64,000 nt of DNA from Planctomycetota bacterium. GTDB lineage: Bacteria; Planctomycetota; UBA11346. The notes below the pieces were generated by a model. That model was given only the letters and a program-made list of their open reading frames with translations. It had not been told where the DNA came from and made no database searches. The stretch is from the NCBI GenBank assembly GCA_038231435.1, contig JBBRLJ010000008.1, forward strand, positions 61,091 to 125,090. The letters are read 5' to 3'. This document shows positions 9,751 through 19,035 of this stretch, piece by piece. Each line of letters starts with the position of its first letter. Position 1 is the stretch's first letter. A program made the position numbers and the translations under genes.

Positions 9751-10563
9751 ATGTCCCCAGCCCCGTCCCAGCCCGACGCGCCGCGCGGGCGCATGCCCGT
9801 GCTCTTCATCGGCCATGGGTCGCCCATGAACGCGATCGAGGACAATGAATGGTCTCGCGCCTTCCGCGCCGTCGCCGCGACCATTCCCAAGCCGCGCGCC
9901 GTGCTGGTGGTATCGGCGCACTGGTTCGTCCCGGGAACGCTCCTCACCGCGGACGAGCGCCCGGCGACGATCCACGATTTCAGCGGCTTCCCGCGCGAGC
10001 TCGCCGAGCTGCGCTATCCGGCGCCTGGCGATCCGGAGCTGGCGAATCGCGTCGTCGGCCTGATCGGCGCCGGGCGGGCGGCGCTCAGCGGCGCCTGGGG
10101 CCTCGATCACGGTGCGTGGTCGGTGCTCAGGCATCTCTTTCCCGACGCAGCCACCCCGATCGTCCAACTGAGCATGGACGACCAGGCAGAACCGGCGGAT
10201 CACCTGGCGCTCGGGCGCGCCTTGGCGCCATTGCGCGACGATGGGGTGCTGATCCTCGGCAGCGGCAACATCACCCACAATCTGCGCACGTTCATGGAGG
10301 CCTCCCGTCGTGGCGATGTCTCGACCCCCGATTGGGCGGCAGGTTTCGACGGCGATGTCGCCACGGCGCTGACCCAGCACGATGACGCCTATCTGACCTC
10401 GGCGCTCGACAGCGAGCGCGGGCGCATCTGCCACCCGTCGCCGGACCATTACCTGCCCCTGCTCTACGCAGCCGGGGCGGCGGATCGCCGGGATCGGGTA
10501 TCGTTCCCCATCACCGGCTTCGCCGGTGGCTCGCTGTCGATGCGCGCGGTGCGCTTCGGCTGA
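9751..10563 (+). CDS. ygiD: 4,5-DOPA extradiol dioxygenase (LigB family)
   Basis: MPVLFIGHGSPMN, VSAHW, WGLDHGAW, GSGNITHNL, HPSPDHYLPL. Confidence 0.9.
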   Translation: MSPAPSQPDAPRGRMPVLFIGHGSPMNAIEDNEWSRAFRAVAATIPKPRAVLVVSAHWFVPGTLLTADERPATIHDFSGFPRELAELRYPAPGDPELANRVVGLIGAGRAALSGAWGLDHGAWSVLRHLFPDAATPIVQLSMDDQAEPADHLALGRALAPLRDDGVLILGSGNITHNLRTFMEASRRGDVSTPDWAAGFDGDVATALTQHDDAYLTSALDSERGRICHPSPDHYLPLLYAAGAADRRDRVSFPITGFAGGSLSMRAVRFG

Positions 10564-10646
10564 CCGGCGTGGCGGAATATCGTGGGCTGACGATCCCCGG
10601 CCGATGTCCCTCGGCCCGAGAGCTTCGGGCTTGCGCCGCGTCGGAG

Positions 10647-10670
10647 TCATATGAACATCCGTTCATATGA
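10647..10670 (+). promoter_or_regulatory. ArsR/SmtB-type operator palindrome
   Basis: Perfect TCATATGAAC-N4-GTTCATATGA overlapping the ArsR start codon. Confidence 0.8.
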
Positions 10671-11005
10671 ACCGGCATTCAGCCCAGATCCCGCGTCCGA
10701 CGGCTCCGTCGGCGCTTTCGGCGACAGCTTCGTGCACCGAGCGCCTCAAGGTCCTCGCCGACGCCACGCGGCTCGAGGTGGTGCGGCGGCTGTCGGACGG
10801 TCCGTGCCATGTCGGCGCGCTCTCCGAAGCCGCGGGCATTGAACAGAGCCTGATGTCTCACCATCTGAAGGTGCTGCGCGACGTCGGCATGGTCGAGGCT
10901 GTCCGCGATGGCAAGTCGGTGCTGTACCGGCTCCCCGCCGGAACCGTCAGCCGGAGTGCGAACGTCATCAAGCTCGGCTGTTGCGACATCGCCTTCCACG
11001 ATTGA
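10667..11005 (+). CDS. ArsR family metalloregulator with C-terminal Cys-Cys
   Basis: LKVLADATRL...EQSLMSHHLKVLR...; N-terminal Cys, PCHV and C-terminal LGCCD. Confidence 0.88.
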   Translation: MNRHSAQIPRPTAPSALSATASCTERLKVLADATRLEVVRRLSDGPCHVGALSEAAGIEQSLMSHHLKVLRDVGMVEAVRDGKSVLYRLPAGTVSRSANVIKLGCCDIAFHD

Positions 11006-11032
11006 ACCCCCAGCCCGAGCCCGAGGAACCCC

Positions 11033-12166
11033 ATGCCTGCCACCCGCCCTAGTCCCGCCGTCAAGCCGGTACGCGCGGTCAACATCAAGGAAACTGCAAA
11101 GGCCATCGCAAAGGAGCGAATCGCAAAGGAGGACATCGCCAAAACCCTCGCGAAATTCGTGCGCCTCGGCCTGTTGACCCGCGCGGACGTCGACGAGTGC
11201 CTGCGCATGTTCGCCGCGGATTTCCCCTTCGCCGTGCAGCTCGCGTTGGCCGACACCATCCATCTGCACGTCAAGGTCGACGACGTGGCGGCACTGCCAC
11301 ACGCCGCGATCGAGGCGCTCGGCACGCGCGCCGAGAATCACAAGCCGGGCTACGTGAAGTATCCGTTCGCCAGCGGAGTGAACCTGATCTTCTCATCGAT
11401 CGATGTGGCGCAAGACGATCAGATCCCCGGGCTGCCCAAGCGCCCCAAGCCATTCCTCGATCACCTCGGCATCGATCTGCGCGGCGAGCAGCCGCGGGTG
11501 CGCCGCGTCTTCGACGGTGTCGCGGTCGTCGCGGCCAAGCTGCGGTGGGGGCTGGCGTCGCAGGGCGGAAATGGCAAGGCGGTGTTCTGTTGCCACGTGC
11601 AGGTCGCCGAGAAACGCTGGGTCTATCCGACTCTCGGCGGCATCTGCACCAGCCCGATCGAGTTCGCCTTCGGCCCGCTGATCATCGATACGTCGAAGAT
11701 GGGCTGCGATCTTCGCCCGATCGATCCCAATCATCCGGCCGCCGCGCAGGCGGTCTCGTGCTGCGCCGATCCGGATGCCGCTAGCGGGCATGCGGCCGCT
11801 TCTCCCGCCGCTTCTTCCGCCACGACGAATGCCTATTACGATGCTCGCGATCTGGCGCGCTTCGGCGACATGGGCGCGTTCGCCGCGCCGCTGATGGCCA
11901 AGTTCTTCGACTACTACAACGCCGTCACCGGTGCGGACGGCGCGCTGACCAAGCGCGAGAAGGCGCTGATCGCCCTGGCCGTCGCCCACTCCAAGCAGTG
12001 CCCGTACTGCATCGACGCCTACACCTCGCAATGCCTCGCCACCGGATCTACTCCGGACCAGATGCACGAGGCGGTGCATGTCGCGGCCGCGCTCGGCGCC
12101 GGCATCGACCTCGTCCACGGCGTGCAGATGCAGAAGGCGCTGCGCGCGAAGGGGGCGATCGCCTGA
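11033..12166 (+). CDS. Fusion: ArsI/CadI-like VOC domain + arsenosugar-associated AhpD/CMD peroxidase-like domain
   Basis: N-half HLHVKVDD, KPGYVKY, LDHLGIDL, CCHVQVAEKRWV, IEF; C-half YYDARDLARFG...FFDYY...REKALIALAVAH..QCPYCIDAY...LVHGVQM. Confidence 0.75.
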   Translation: MPATRPSPAVKPVRAVNIKETAKAIAKERIAKEDIAKTLAKFVRLGLLTRADVDECLRMFAADFPFAVQLALADTIHLHVKVDDVAALPHAAIEALGTRAENHKPGYVKYPFASGVNLIFSSIDVAQDDQIPGLPKRPKPFLDHLGIDLRGEQPRVRRVFDGVAVVAAKLRWGLASQGGNGKAVFCCHVQVAEKRWVYPTLGGICTSPIEFAFGPLIIDTSKMGCDLRPIDPNHPAAAQAVSCCADPDAASGHAAASPAASSATTNAYYDARDLARFGDMGAFAAPLMAKFFDYYNAVTGADGALTKREKALIALAVAHSKQCPYCIDAYTSQCLATGSTPDQMHEAVHVAAALGAGIDLVHGVQMQKALRAKGAIA

Positions 12167-12204
12167 TCGCCTGAGCGATCGGGCCGCTCGCGATCGCAGG
12201 TTCT

Positions 12205-12984
12205 TCAGTGGACGTCGAGCCTGGCGCTGGCCGAGGAGCGGCTCGCCACCGTCAGCGGCAGCCCATCACCATAGCGCGCGCGGTGGGTCGCGAGCGCGAC
12301 CTCGGGCGCGTTGCTGTTCGCCGAGAGGTGGGCGAGGCAGGCCCAACGCAGCTTCTTGCCGTGCCTGGCGATCAGCTCGGCCGATTCGTCGTTCGAGATG
12401 TGCCCGCCAGGCCCGGAGATGCGGCGTTTGAGGAAGGCGGGGTAGTCTCCGTCGGCGAGCATCCCTGCATCGTAATTGCTCTCCAGGTAGACCGCGTCGA
12501 GGGTCTCGACGATCGAGCCGAGACCCGGGAAGACGTGGCCGAAATCGGTCATGATGCCCACGCGGTGCTTGCCGTCGTCGACCACGAAGATCACGCCGTC
12601 GGCGGCATCGTGGGGCGTGCGGATGGTTTCGACGGTCAGCGAACCGAGCAGCGACTCGAAGCGTAGGGTGGCGCCCGACGCGAAATGCCGCCAGGCTCCA
12701 TCGTCACCGCCGCGCTCGGCGAGGCGCGACGCGTGCCAGGTGGGCTCGGTGATGTGCACCGGCAGGCCGAAACGCCGCGCGAGCGCCCCGGCGCCACCGA
12801 CGTGATCGGAATGGTCGTGCGAGATGATCACCGCGTCGACGCCTTCGAGGCCGTAGCCGTGCTCGGCGAGGCGCTGCTTGGCCTTCGTGCCACTGATGCC
12901 GGCGTCGAAGAGCAGGCGCACGCCGTTGCCCTCGACGTGGATGCAATTGCCGGCGCTGCCGGACTGGAGCGGAAGAACCTGCAT
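12205..12984 (-). CDS. MBL-fold metallo-hydrolase (YycJ/WalJ-like)
   Basis: SGSAGN, SHDHSDH, PHDA, LESNYD, GHISN, AHLS. Confidence 0.88.
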   Translation of the reverse strand: MQVLPLQSGSAGNCIHVEGNGVRLLFDAGISGTKAKQRLAEHGYGLEGVDAVIISHDHSDHVGGAGALARRFGLPVHITEPTWHASRLAERGGDDGAWRHFASGATLRFESLLGSLTVETIRTPHDAADGVIFVVDDGKHRVGIMTDFGHVFPGLGSIVETLDAVYLESNYDAGMLADGDYPAFLKRRISGPGGHISNDESAELIARHGKKLRWACLAHLSANSNAPEVALATHRARYGDGLPLTVASRSSASARLDVH

Positions 12985-13032
12985 CGCCGCATGCTGGCGG
13001 CGGCGCCGGGCGATCAATCAAAGTGGCCTATT

Positions 13033-13116
13033 GCCCAAGTGGCGGATGCGGTGGACACAGCGGATTCAAAATCCGCCATCCTCACGGATTTTTGGGTTCG
13101 AGTCCCACCTCGGGAA
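13033..13116 (+). tRNA. tRNA-Leu(CAA), degenerate / possible pseudo-tRNA
   Basis: Perfect anticodon arm GCGGA-TTCAAAA-TCCGC, long variable arm ATCC/GGAT, GGTTCGAGTCCC T-arm; mismatches in acceptor (2), D (1) and T (1) stems; no encoded CCA. Confidence 0.75.
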
Positions 13117-13211
13117 GGTGGTTGCAACAATAACGCAACGATACCGGTCTAATTCCGATTTTTCAAGTGAGAGGAGGAAACTCCCAGCGCTCCCAGCGCT
13201 ACGAAATCCCG

Positions 13212-14726
13212 TCATTTCCATCGCCCACGAGCACGAAGCATCAAGAGCATCAGCATTGTAAGAACAGCTCCCTGTCCGCTAGTTCCACAGAAGAAATTCT
13301 TTTTCTCATCTTGGGAACCTGGAACGCCTGTCGCAGTGCCGGATGATGTCGTGGATGCAGTGCTCGACCCGATGGGTGTTCCCGACCCGCTCGTAGTCGA
13401 TGTCGCGGTGGAGGTCCCTCCAATCGCTGGCGGCATGATCTGGATGGTTCCGCCCGGAGTGCCATTGCTTGCCCACAACTGGTCGTAGGTGTTCCAGGTG
13501 GCATAATGAGTGGCGAGGGCCTTCCCATTCACCGCGCCCACCGCCACCGGGTCGGACACCGCCGTGGTCACGGCCACCGTGCCAGCAGTGGTTCCATCTG
13601 TGCGCCAGAGTTCGCTGACGCCGCCGACTAGAGTGGTGAAGTAGAGTTGGTTGCCGACGGGCATATGAAGGCCCCCGGTTTGCATGGGCACGATTGACGT
13701 GCCGGCGGGGGTGCCGTCGCTGACCCCGATTTGTCGCACGGACGAGCCGGGGACATCTACATCAGTGAAGGCGCGGCCAGCTACGTCAGAAAAAAATCCG
13801 GGCGCTGACATTGCGGTGGAGGTCAAGGTGGGGGCGGCCAGGGAAGCGTCGCTTACGTAGATGCCGTTGGTGTACGCCCCGGTCGTTCCACGGGTGAATA
13901 TCTTGCCGTTGATGCCAGTATTGAAATCAGCGGAAGTTACTCCTCCGGGCATGGCCGCCGTACCCGCGGCGGTGCCGTCGCTGGACCACAGGAAGCTGCC
14001 GCTGTTCACTGAAGCGTAGAAGCAGCGATCACCGATCGCTCCAAGAGCGATCGGTTGGTTGCCGGCGCCACCTGTAGGTAGGACCGCATGCGTGCCGACG
14101 GCCGTCCCATCGCTCACCCACAGGCGATTGCCCACCGGGTCTGTCGCATTGAAAAACAGCAGGGTGGTGCCGCCGCAGAAGGAGTGGTGCCAGTTGTAGT
14201 CAAACTCGTCAGTCGTCGTCGACGGTAGGGGATCGGCGAGAGCGACGGTCCCTGAGGCGGTACCGTCGCTTCTCCACAGTCGCCACCCAATGCCAGTGGT
14301 AAACGCGGCGAAGAACACAGCGTTGCCCACGACGGTGATGTGATGTGGATTCGATGAGCCCGCCCCCGGCGAGATGTCGGCGACAAGATGCGTCCCTACG
14401 CTGGTGCCATCGCTGACCCAGAGTTCGCGCCCTGCGACGGAGTCGTTGGCGCTGAAGAAGATGTTACTGCCCGCAGCCACCAATTTCTGCGGCGAGCTGC
14501 CGGTGGCTCCAGCAACGATGTCGTACACCAACTGGGTGCCGGCGGCCGTGCCGTCAGTCCGCCAGAGTTCCTGTCCTTGGCCAGGGGTGGTGCCTGGGAA
14601 GTACGCGAAACCGCCGGCGGTTGCGACGTTGTATCTAAGATTTCTCGGATCCGCATCCTCGATGGCCGCATGTGCTGACGCTTGGAGGAACAGACAGGCA
14701 GCAACGGTCCATGGTTTCATGCTCAT
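13212..14726 (-). CDS. Secreted ELWxxDGT-repeat beta-propeller protein with Ser/Thr linker and Cys-containing C-terminal anchor
   Basis: Signal peptide; repeated ELWRTDGT/LWVSDGT; ends CGTSGQGAVLTMLMLLMLRARGRWK; visibly lower GC. Confidence 0.88.
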   Translation of the reverse strand: MSMKPWTVAACLFLQASAHAAIEDADPRNLRYNVATAGGFAYFPGTTPGQGQELWRTDGTAAGTQLVYDIVAGATGSSPQKLVAAGSNIFFSANDSVAGRELWVSDGTSVGTHLVADISPGAGSSNPHHITVVGNAVFFAAFTTGIGWRLWRSDGTASGTVALADPLPSTTTDEFDYNWHHSFCGGTTLLFFNATDPVGNRLWVSDGTAVGTHAVLPTGGAGNQPIALGAIGDRCFYASVNSGSFLWSSDGTAAGTAAMPGGVTSADFNTGINGKIFTRGTTGAYTNGIYVSDASLAAPTLTSTAMSAPGFFSDVAGRAFTDVDVPGSSVRQIGVSDGTPAGTSIVPMQTGGLHMPVGNQLYFTTLVGGVSELWRTDGTTAGTVAVTTAVSDPVAVGAVNGKALATHYATWNTYDQLWASNGTPGGTIQIMPPAIGGTSTATSTTSGSGTPIGSSTASTTSSGTATGVPGSQDEKKNFFCGTSGQGAVLTMLMLLMLRARGRWK

Positions 14727-15107
14727 GATATAACACTACTACCATAGGTTAACAGAATTCGTGTGTGTAGACTTAAAAACAGCCAACCCTTCATCCACGT
14801 AACCGAATAGATTTATTTCTCTGAATTTTGCAGACCCCTGAACCCGACAGATGTCGGCAGCGGGCTCGGCGCATTTCCGTAGGGCCATCGGGCGGGCATG
14901 CACCGCACAGAGCGCCGGCCGGCTGCTCGTGTCCATGGATCGCCAAGGGGACTAGCGGCAATGCCTTCTAGGCGACGATAACATCGCTGTGATGGCGGCG
15001 GACGGTGCCGGGGATCGAGGCGGTGGGCACAGATGTGCCTGACTGATTTCGGAGTGACGCCTATTCCCGGAGGAGCGTCCTCCGAGGAAAGGTCCATATT
15101 GACCCAT

Positions 15108-16235
15108 ATGCCCGACGCCCATGCTGGGAGCGTGCCCCATCCTGCTTTCCCACGTGTTTTACCGCCTATCCCATCGCCAGCCCGTCCCGAGGGCTTCAAG
15201 GGTCGTGGTGCCTCGGCCAATCCGCCCAATCGCTTCATGCCGCTGTGGAACGAGCCGGACAGCGAGTGGGTGCACGCCGAGGATCCCGCGCCCTCGACGC
15301 GCTTCCTGCGCGACGACACCCAGTCGATCATCACCCACAACGACAGTCCCGACGTCGGCTTCGACTCCAGCTTCAATCCCTACCGTGGCTGCGAGCACGG
15401 CTGCATCTACTGCTACGCGCGGCCGACCCACGAATACCTGGGGATGTCGGCCGGGCTCGATTTCGAATCGGTGATCCTGGTGAAGGAGCGCGCGCCCGAA
15501 CTCCTACGGCGCGAGCTGTCATCGCCGGGCTGGCGGCCGCGCGTGCTTGCTGCGAGCGGCGTGACGGATCTCTACCAGCCGGTCGAGCGCCGGCTGAGCC
15601 TGACCCGGCGCTGCCTGCAGGTGCTCGCCGAGTTCCGCAATCCGGTCTCGGTCATCACCAAGAACCATCTCGTCACCCGCGACGCCGACATCCTCGCCGA
15701 GCTCGCGCGCGCGGAAGCCGCCTGCGTCACCATCTCGGTGACCACGCTCGACCGTCAGCTCGCCCAGACCATGGAGCCGCGCGCGTCGGTGCCCGAGGCG
15801 CGCATCGCCGCCATCCGTGCGCTCGCTCGGGCCGGGGTCCCGGTCGGCGTCAACATCATGCCGGTGATCCCCGGGCTCACCGATCACGAGATCCCGGCGA
15901 TCCTCGCCGCCTGCGCCGACGCCGGAGCGACGTACGCAGGCATGGGCCTGGTGCGCCTGCCGCTCGCAGTCGCGCCGCTGTTCGAGCAGTGGTTGACCGA
16001 GCACGCGCCGACCAAGAAGGACAAGGTGCTCAATCGCATCCGCGAGGTGCGCGGCGGCGGGCTGAACGATCCGCGCTTCGGTTCGCGCATGAGCGGTGAA
16101 GGCCTCTACGCGCGCCAGATCGCCGATCTGTTCGCGGTATCGCGGCGCAAGGCTGGCATCGCCGAGCACGGCCCGGAACTGTCCGCAGCCTCGTTCCGAC
16201 CGCCGTTCGGCGTGCAGGAGACGATCTTCGGCTGA
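15108..16235 (+). CDS. PA0069/SplB-like radical SAM protein (putative DNA repair)
   Basis: KGRGA..NPPNRF, NPYRGCEHGCIYCYARP, TDLYQP, MEPRA; start uncertain. Confidence 0.88.
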   Translation: MPDAHAGSVPHPAFPRVLPPIPSPARPEGFKGRGASANPPNRFMPLWNEPDSEWVHAEDPAPSTRFLRDDTQSIITHNDSPDVGFDSSFNPYRGCEHGCIYCYARPTHEYLGMSAGLDFESVILVKERAPELLRRELSSPGWRPRVLAASGVTDLYQPVERRLSLTRRCLQVLAEFRNPVSVITKNHLVTRDADILAELARAEAACVTISVTTLDRQLAQTMEPRASVPEARIAAIRALARAGVPVGVNIMPVIPGLTDHEIPAILAACADAGATYAGMGLVRLPLAVAPLFEQWLTEHAPTKKDKVLNRIREVRGGGLNDPRFGSRMSGEGLYARQIADLFAVSRRKAGIAEHGPELSAASFRPPFGVQETIFG

Positions 16236-16254
16236 CGCTCCGGGCGCCAATCCC

Positions 16255-17481
16255 CTAGGTGCGCGCTTCGGGCCGCCGCGGCGCCAGCGGTCGTCGCATC
16301 TCGGCATCGGGCTGATCCGCGACGTGGATCGCGGCCGGATCCGCGGCGAGCCAGGTATCCGCGGCGATGATCCGGCCTGGAGCGACCAGGCTGCCACCCA
16401 GGGTCTTGGCGCCGGATTTGAGCACGCAGCCGAGGAAGCGCCCGCGATACAGGCGCGGGCCATCGGGCGTAGCGACGCGGATCGGCCGGCCATCGGGCCG
16501 GTAATCCATCAGGATGGTGGCGAAGGCCGACGAGCGGGATTCGAACTGCGAGAACTGGTATGGCCCGTGGATGAGGAACACCTGCTCCTCGACGTGGCAG
16601 CGGTAGAGCACGAGATCGTGCATCAGCCACGAGCCCTCGCCGATGGTCGAATACTCGGCCTTGGCTCCGTCGTGCAGACGCGCGCCGGCGGCGACATGGC
16701 TGAAGCGCACCACGCAGTGCGCTCCGATGCGCGCTCCCGCGCCGATCACGCTGCCTTCGATCACCGCGGTCGGATGTACCTGGGCGCTGCGATGGATGCC
16801 GGCGAACGCCAGCGCCGCGCGCATCCGCCAAGGCACGCCCTGGCGTGGAGCGAGCGCGCCGAGCAGCGCCAACGGGCTGCGCCGTACGCGCCGACTGATA
16901 TCGCCGAGCACGGCGATCTGATTCGCGAACAGCAGGTCGAAATCCGAGCGGTACGACAGCAGCAGGGCTTCCGGGATGGTGGAGATCCCCGGCGCGGTCA
17001 GCGACTCCGGGAAGGGGACCCAGGTCTGGTGGGCGGGCAGCGGCAGGATCAAGTCGCCCTCGGGGGCGGTTTCCGGACCGGCATCCTCGCGCCTGGCGAG
17101 GATCGGCAGCGGGATGCGGCGCGCGGGCTCGGCCTCGTCCTGCGCGGAGTCGTGCAGCGAATCGTGCGGCGACTCGTGCAACGACTCGTGCAACGAATAG
17201 TAATCGGCGTGGGTGCGTGGGTCGGGTTCTAGCACCACGCGCAACGCGCGCTCGCCGCCGCGATGCGCCTCGAGCGCGGCGGCGATCAGCCCCAGGCCCT
17301 CGCGGTCGAAGAGCAGGTCGGCGCCGAGATCGATCGCCCACGTGTCTGCACGTGCCGCTGCCCGAGTTGCGCCGTTCGCCGCGATCAGCTCCGTAGCGAG
17401 GAATTCCGCGACCGGTCGCGTCACCAGCTGTCTGCCGCGCAGCGCCGCGGGCGGTCCGCCGTGCCGGAAAACCACTGCCAT
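16255..17481 (-). CDS. Hexapeptide-repeat (left-handed beta-helix) transferase-like protein
   Basis: IHRSAQVHPTAVIEGSVIGAGARIGAHCVVRFS; ATG overlaps desaturase stop (TGATG). Confidence 0.7.
   Translation of the reverse strand: MAVVFRHGGPPAALRGRQLVTRPVAEFLATELIAANGATRAAARADTWAIDLGADLLFDREGLGLIAAALEAHRGGERALRVVLEPDPRTHADYYSLHESLHESPHDSLHDSAQDEAEPARRIPLPILARREDAGPETAPEGDLILPLPAHQTWVPFPESLTAPGISTIPEALLLSYRSDFDLLFANQIAVLGDISRRVRRSPLALLGALAPRQGVPWRMRAALAFAGIHRSAQVHPTAVIEGSVIGAGARIGAHCVVRFSHVAAGARLHDGAKAEYSTIGEGSWLMHDLVLYRCHVEEQVFLIHGPYQFSQFESRSSAFATILMDYRPDGRPIRVATPDGPRLYRGRFLGCVLKSGAKTLGGSLVAPGRIIAADTWLAADPAAIHVADQPDAEMRRPLAPRRPEART
17150..17197. repeat. 4 x 12-bp tandem repeat encoding SLHE/SPHD/SLHD units
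   Basis: TCGTGCAGCGAA TCGTGCGGCGAC TCGTGCAACGAC TCGTGCAACGAA. Confidence 0.75.
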
Positions 17482-18311
17482 CAGGCCACGTTCAGCACGT
17501 GCGGGCGCCGCGCCCGCGGCGCCTGCGCGGCTGGCGCGAGCGCATGCCACGGGATCTCCGGCGCCTGGTGGTGTTCCCAGTGCAGGCCGTTGTTGGCGAG
17601 CATGCGGTTGTAGATCCGGTTCGGATAGCTGGTGGCCTGGGGCGCGGTGTGCAGCGAGGCCTCCGTCGCTGATGCCGCAGCCGCCGTTGCCGCCGAGGTA
17701 GGCGGCGGATGCTGTCCGTAGTTGTGCGCGCTGACCAGCGCCCAGCCGACATAGATCAGCGCCAGGTACATCGCCAGGATCGCCGGCGCGACGGCGGCGA
17801 GCGCCACCAGCGTCGCGACCAGCATCAGCTTCTGCGCCGCGATCAGCCGGCGCGTCGACACGGCGACCTCGCCCGCGCGCGCGTCGCGCCGGATCGCGCG
17901 CATGGCCTGGGCGAGCTGGATGGGCCAGCCGAGGGCGTAGGCGAGCGGATGCCGGCGGCGCGGGCCGCTCGCGGTGGCGCGCCAGGTGCACGAATAATCG
18001 TCGAGGCCGTTGCCCGCGCGGTGGTGGTTGTGGTGGTGCAGGCGGTAGCCGTCGAAGGGCATGCCGATCAGCAACGTGATCGGCGCCGACAGCCCGGCCA
18101 TCGCCCACGATCGTCCGTGGTGCACGCACTCGTGGAAGGCGATGTGCACCGAGAAGTTCAGCGCCAGCGCGGCGAGCGCGAGCCAGGCCGCTGCCGCAAG
18201 TGGCGCTTCGTGGAACGTCCAGCACGCGGCCGCGAACGCAGCGGCCTCGACCAGCGGGATCACCATCAGCGGGGCGAGCCGGCGCCAGGCATGGGATGGC
18301 GGAAGGGGCAT
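17481..18311 (-). CDS. Membrane fatty acid desaturase/hydroxylase family protein
   Basis: Three His boxes HECVH, HHHNHH, HWEHH plus HNYGQH; TM segments. Confidence 0.85.
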   Translation of the reverse strand: MPLPPSHAWRRLAPLMVIPLVEAAAFAAACWTFHEAPLAAAAWLALAALALNFSVHIAFHECVHHGRSWAMAGLSAPITLLIGMPFDGYRLHHHNHHRAGNGLDDYSCTWRATASGPRRRHPLAYALGWPIQLAQAMRAIRRDARAGEVAVSTRRLIAAQKLMLVATLVALAAVAPAILAMYLALIYVGWALVSAHNYGQHPPPTSAATAAAASATEASLHTAPQATSYPNRIYNRMLANNGLHWEHHQAPEIPWHALAPAAQAPRARRPHVLNVA

Positions 18312-18408
18312 CGTAGCGTCGGGGATCACGCGCGCAGGTTGCGTCCGCCACGGTGAATTCAACTAGGCAACCGCCACTGGTGGTCCACGATCCGCGCCAG
18401 GAGCGGCC

Positions 18409-19035
18409 ATGGTCCACGAGCGGGATCCCGAACGGGCGATGTTCCGCGCGCTGGCCATGCACGGCGAAATGCGCGCCAATCTGCTGCGCCTCGCCGCGGT
18501 GTGCGTGTTCTATCTCATCGAACTGGTCGATTTCCACGGGCTGCCGCTCTTCGGCATCGCGCCCGCCGCCGGCATGACACCGGTGTTCCATCAGCTGGCC
18601 ACGGGCCTGGCGGTGGCGTGGAGCTTCACCGCGTTCGCGATCTGGCTGTGCCTGAGTCATCACCGGTTCAACGCGGCGATGAAGTTCACGGCGACCGCCG
18701 CCGATCTGTTCCTGCTGACCATGCTGCTCCTGGCCGCGAATGGCCCGTCCAGCCCGCTGTGTATCGTCTACGCGCTGATCATCGCCGCGTCGGCGTTGCG
18801 CTTCAGCCTGGCGCTGCTGTGGATGGCCACCGCTGGGGCTGTGTTCGGGTACCTGGTGCTGGTCGCTGACGCCCATTGGCACCACCCCGAGCATCAGGTC
18901 CCCCACCATCACCTGGTCATCGTCATCGCCGCACTGGTGTTGCTCGGGGTGATCGTGGGCCAGATCCTGCGTACCGCGCGCGGAGCGTTGAAGAGCGTGA
19001 TCGCGCCCGCGCCCAGCGTCGGCGGTGGGCCATGA
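18409..19035 (+). CDS. Multi-pass membrane protein, unknown function
   Basis: About 6 TM helices; GPSSPLCIVYALIIAASALRF; first gene of a coupled 4-gene unit. Confidence 0.75.
   Translation: MVHERDPERAMFRALAMHGEMRANLLRLAAVCVFYLIELVDFHGLPLFGIAPAAGMTPVFHQLATGLAVAWSFTAFAIWLCLSHHRFNAAMKFTATAADLFLLTMLLLAANGPSSPLCIVYALIIAASALRFSLALLWMATAGAVFGYLVLVADAHWHHPEHQVPHHHLVIVIAALVLLGVIVGQILRTARGALKSVIAPAPSVGGGP

Noticed and set aside
14739..14936. 65-aa ORF in the islet
   Set aside because: No RBS, motif or codon bias; likely promoter region
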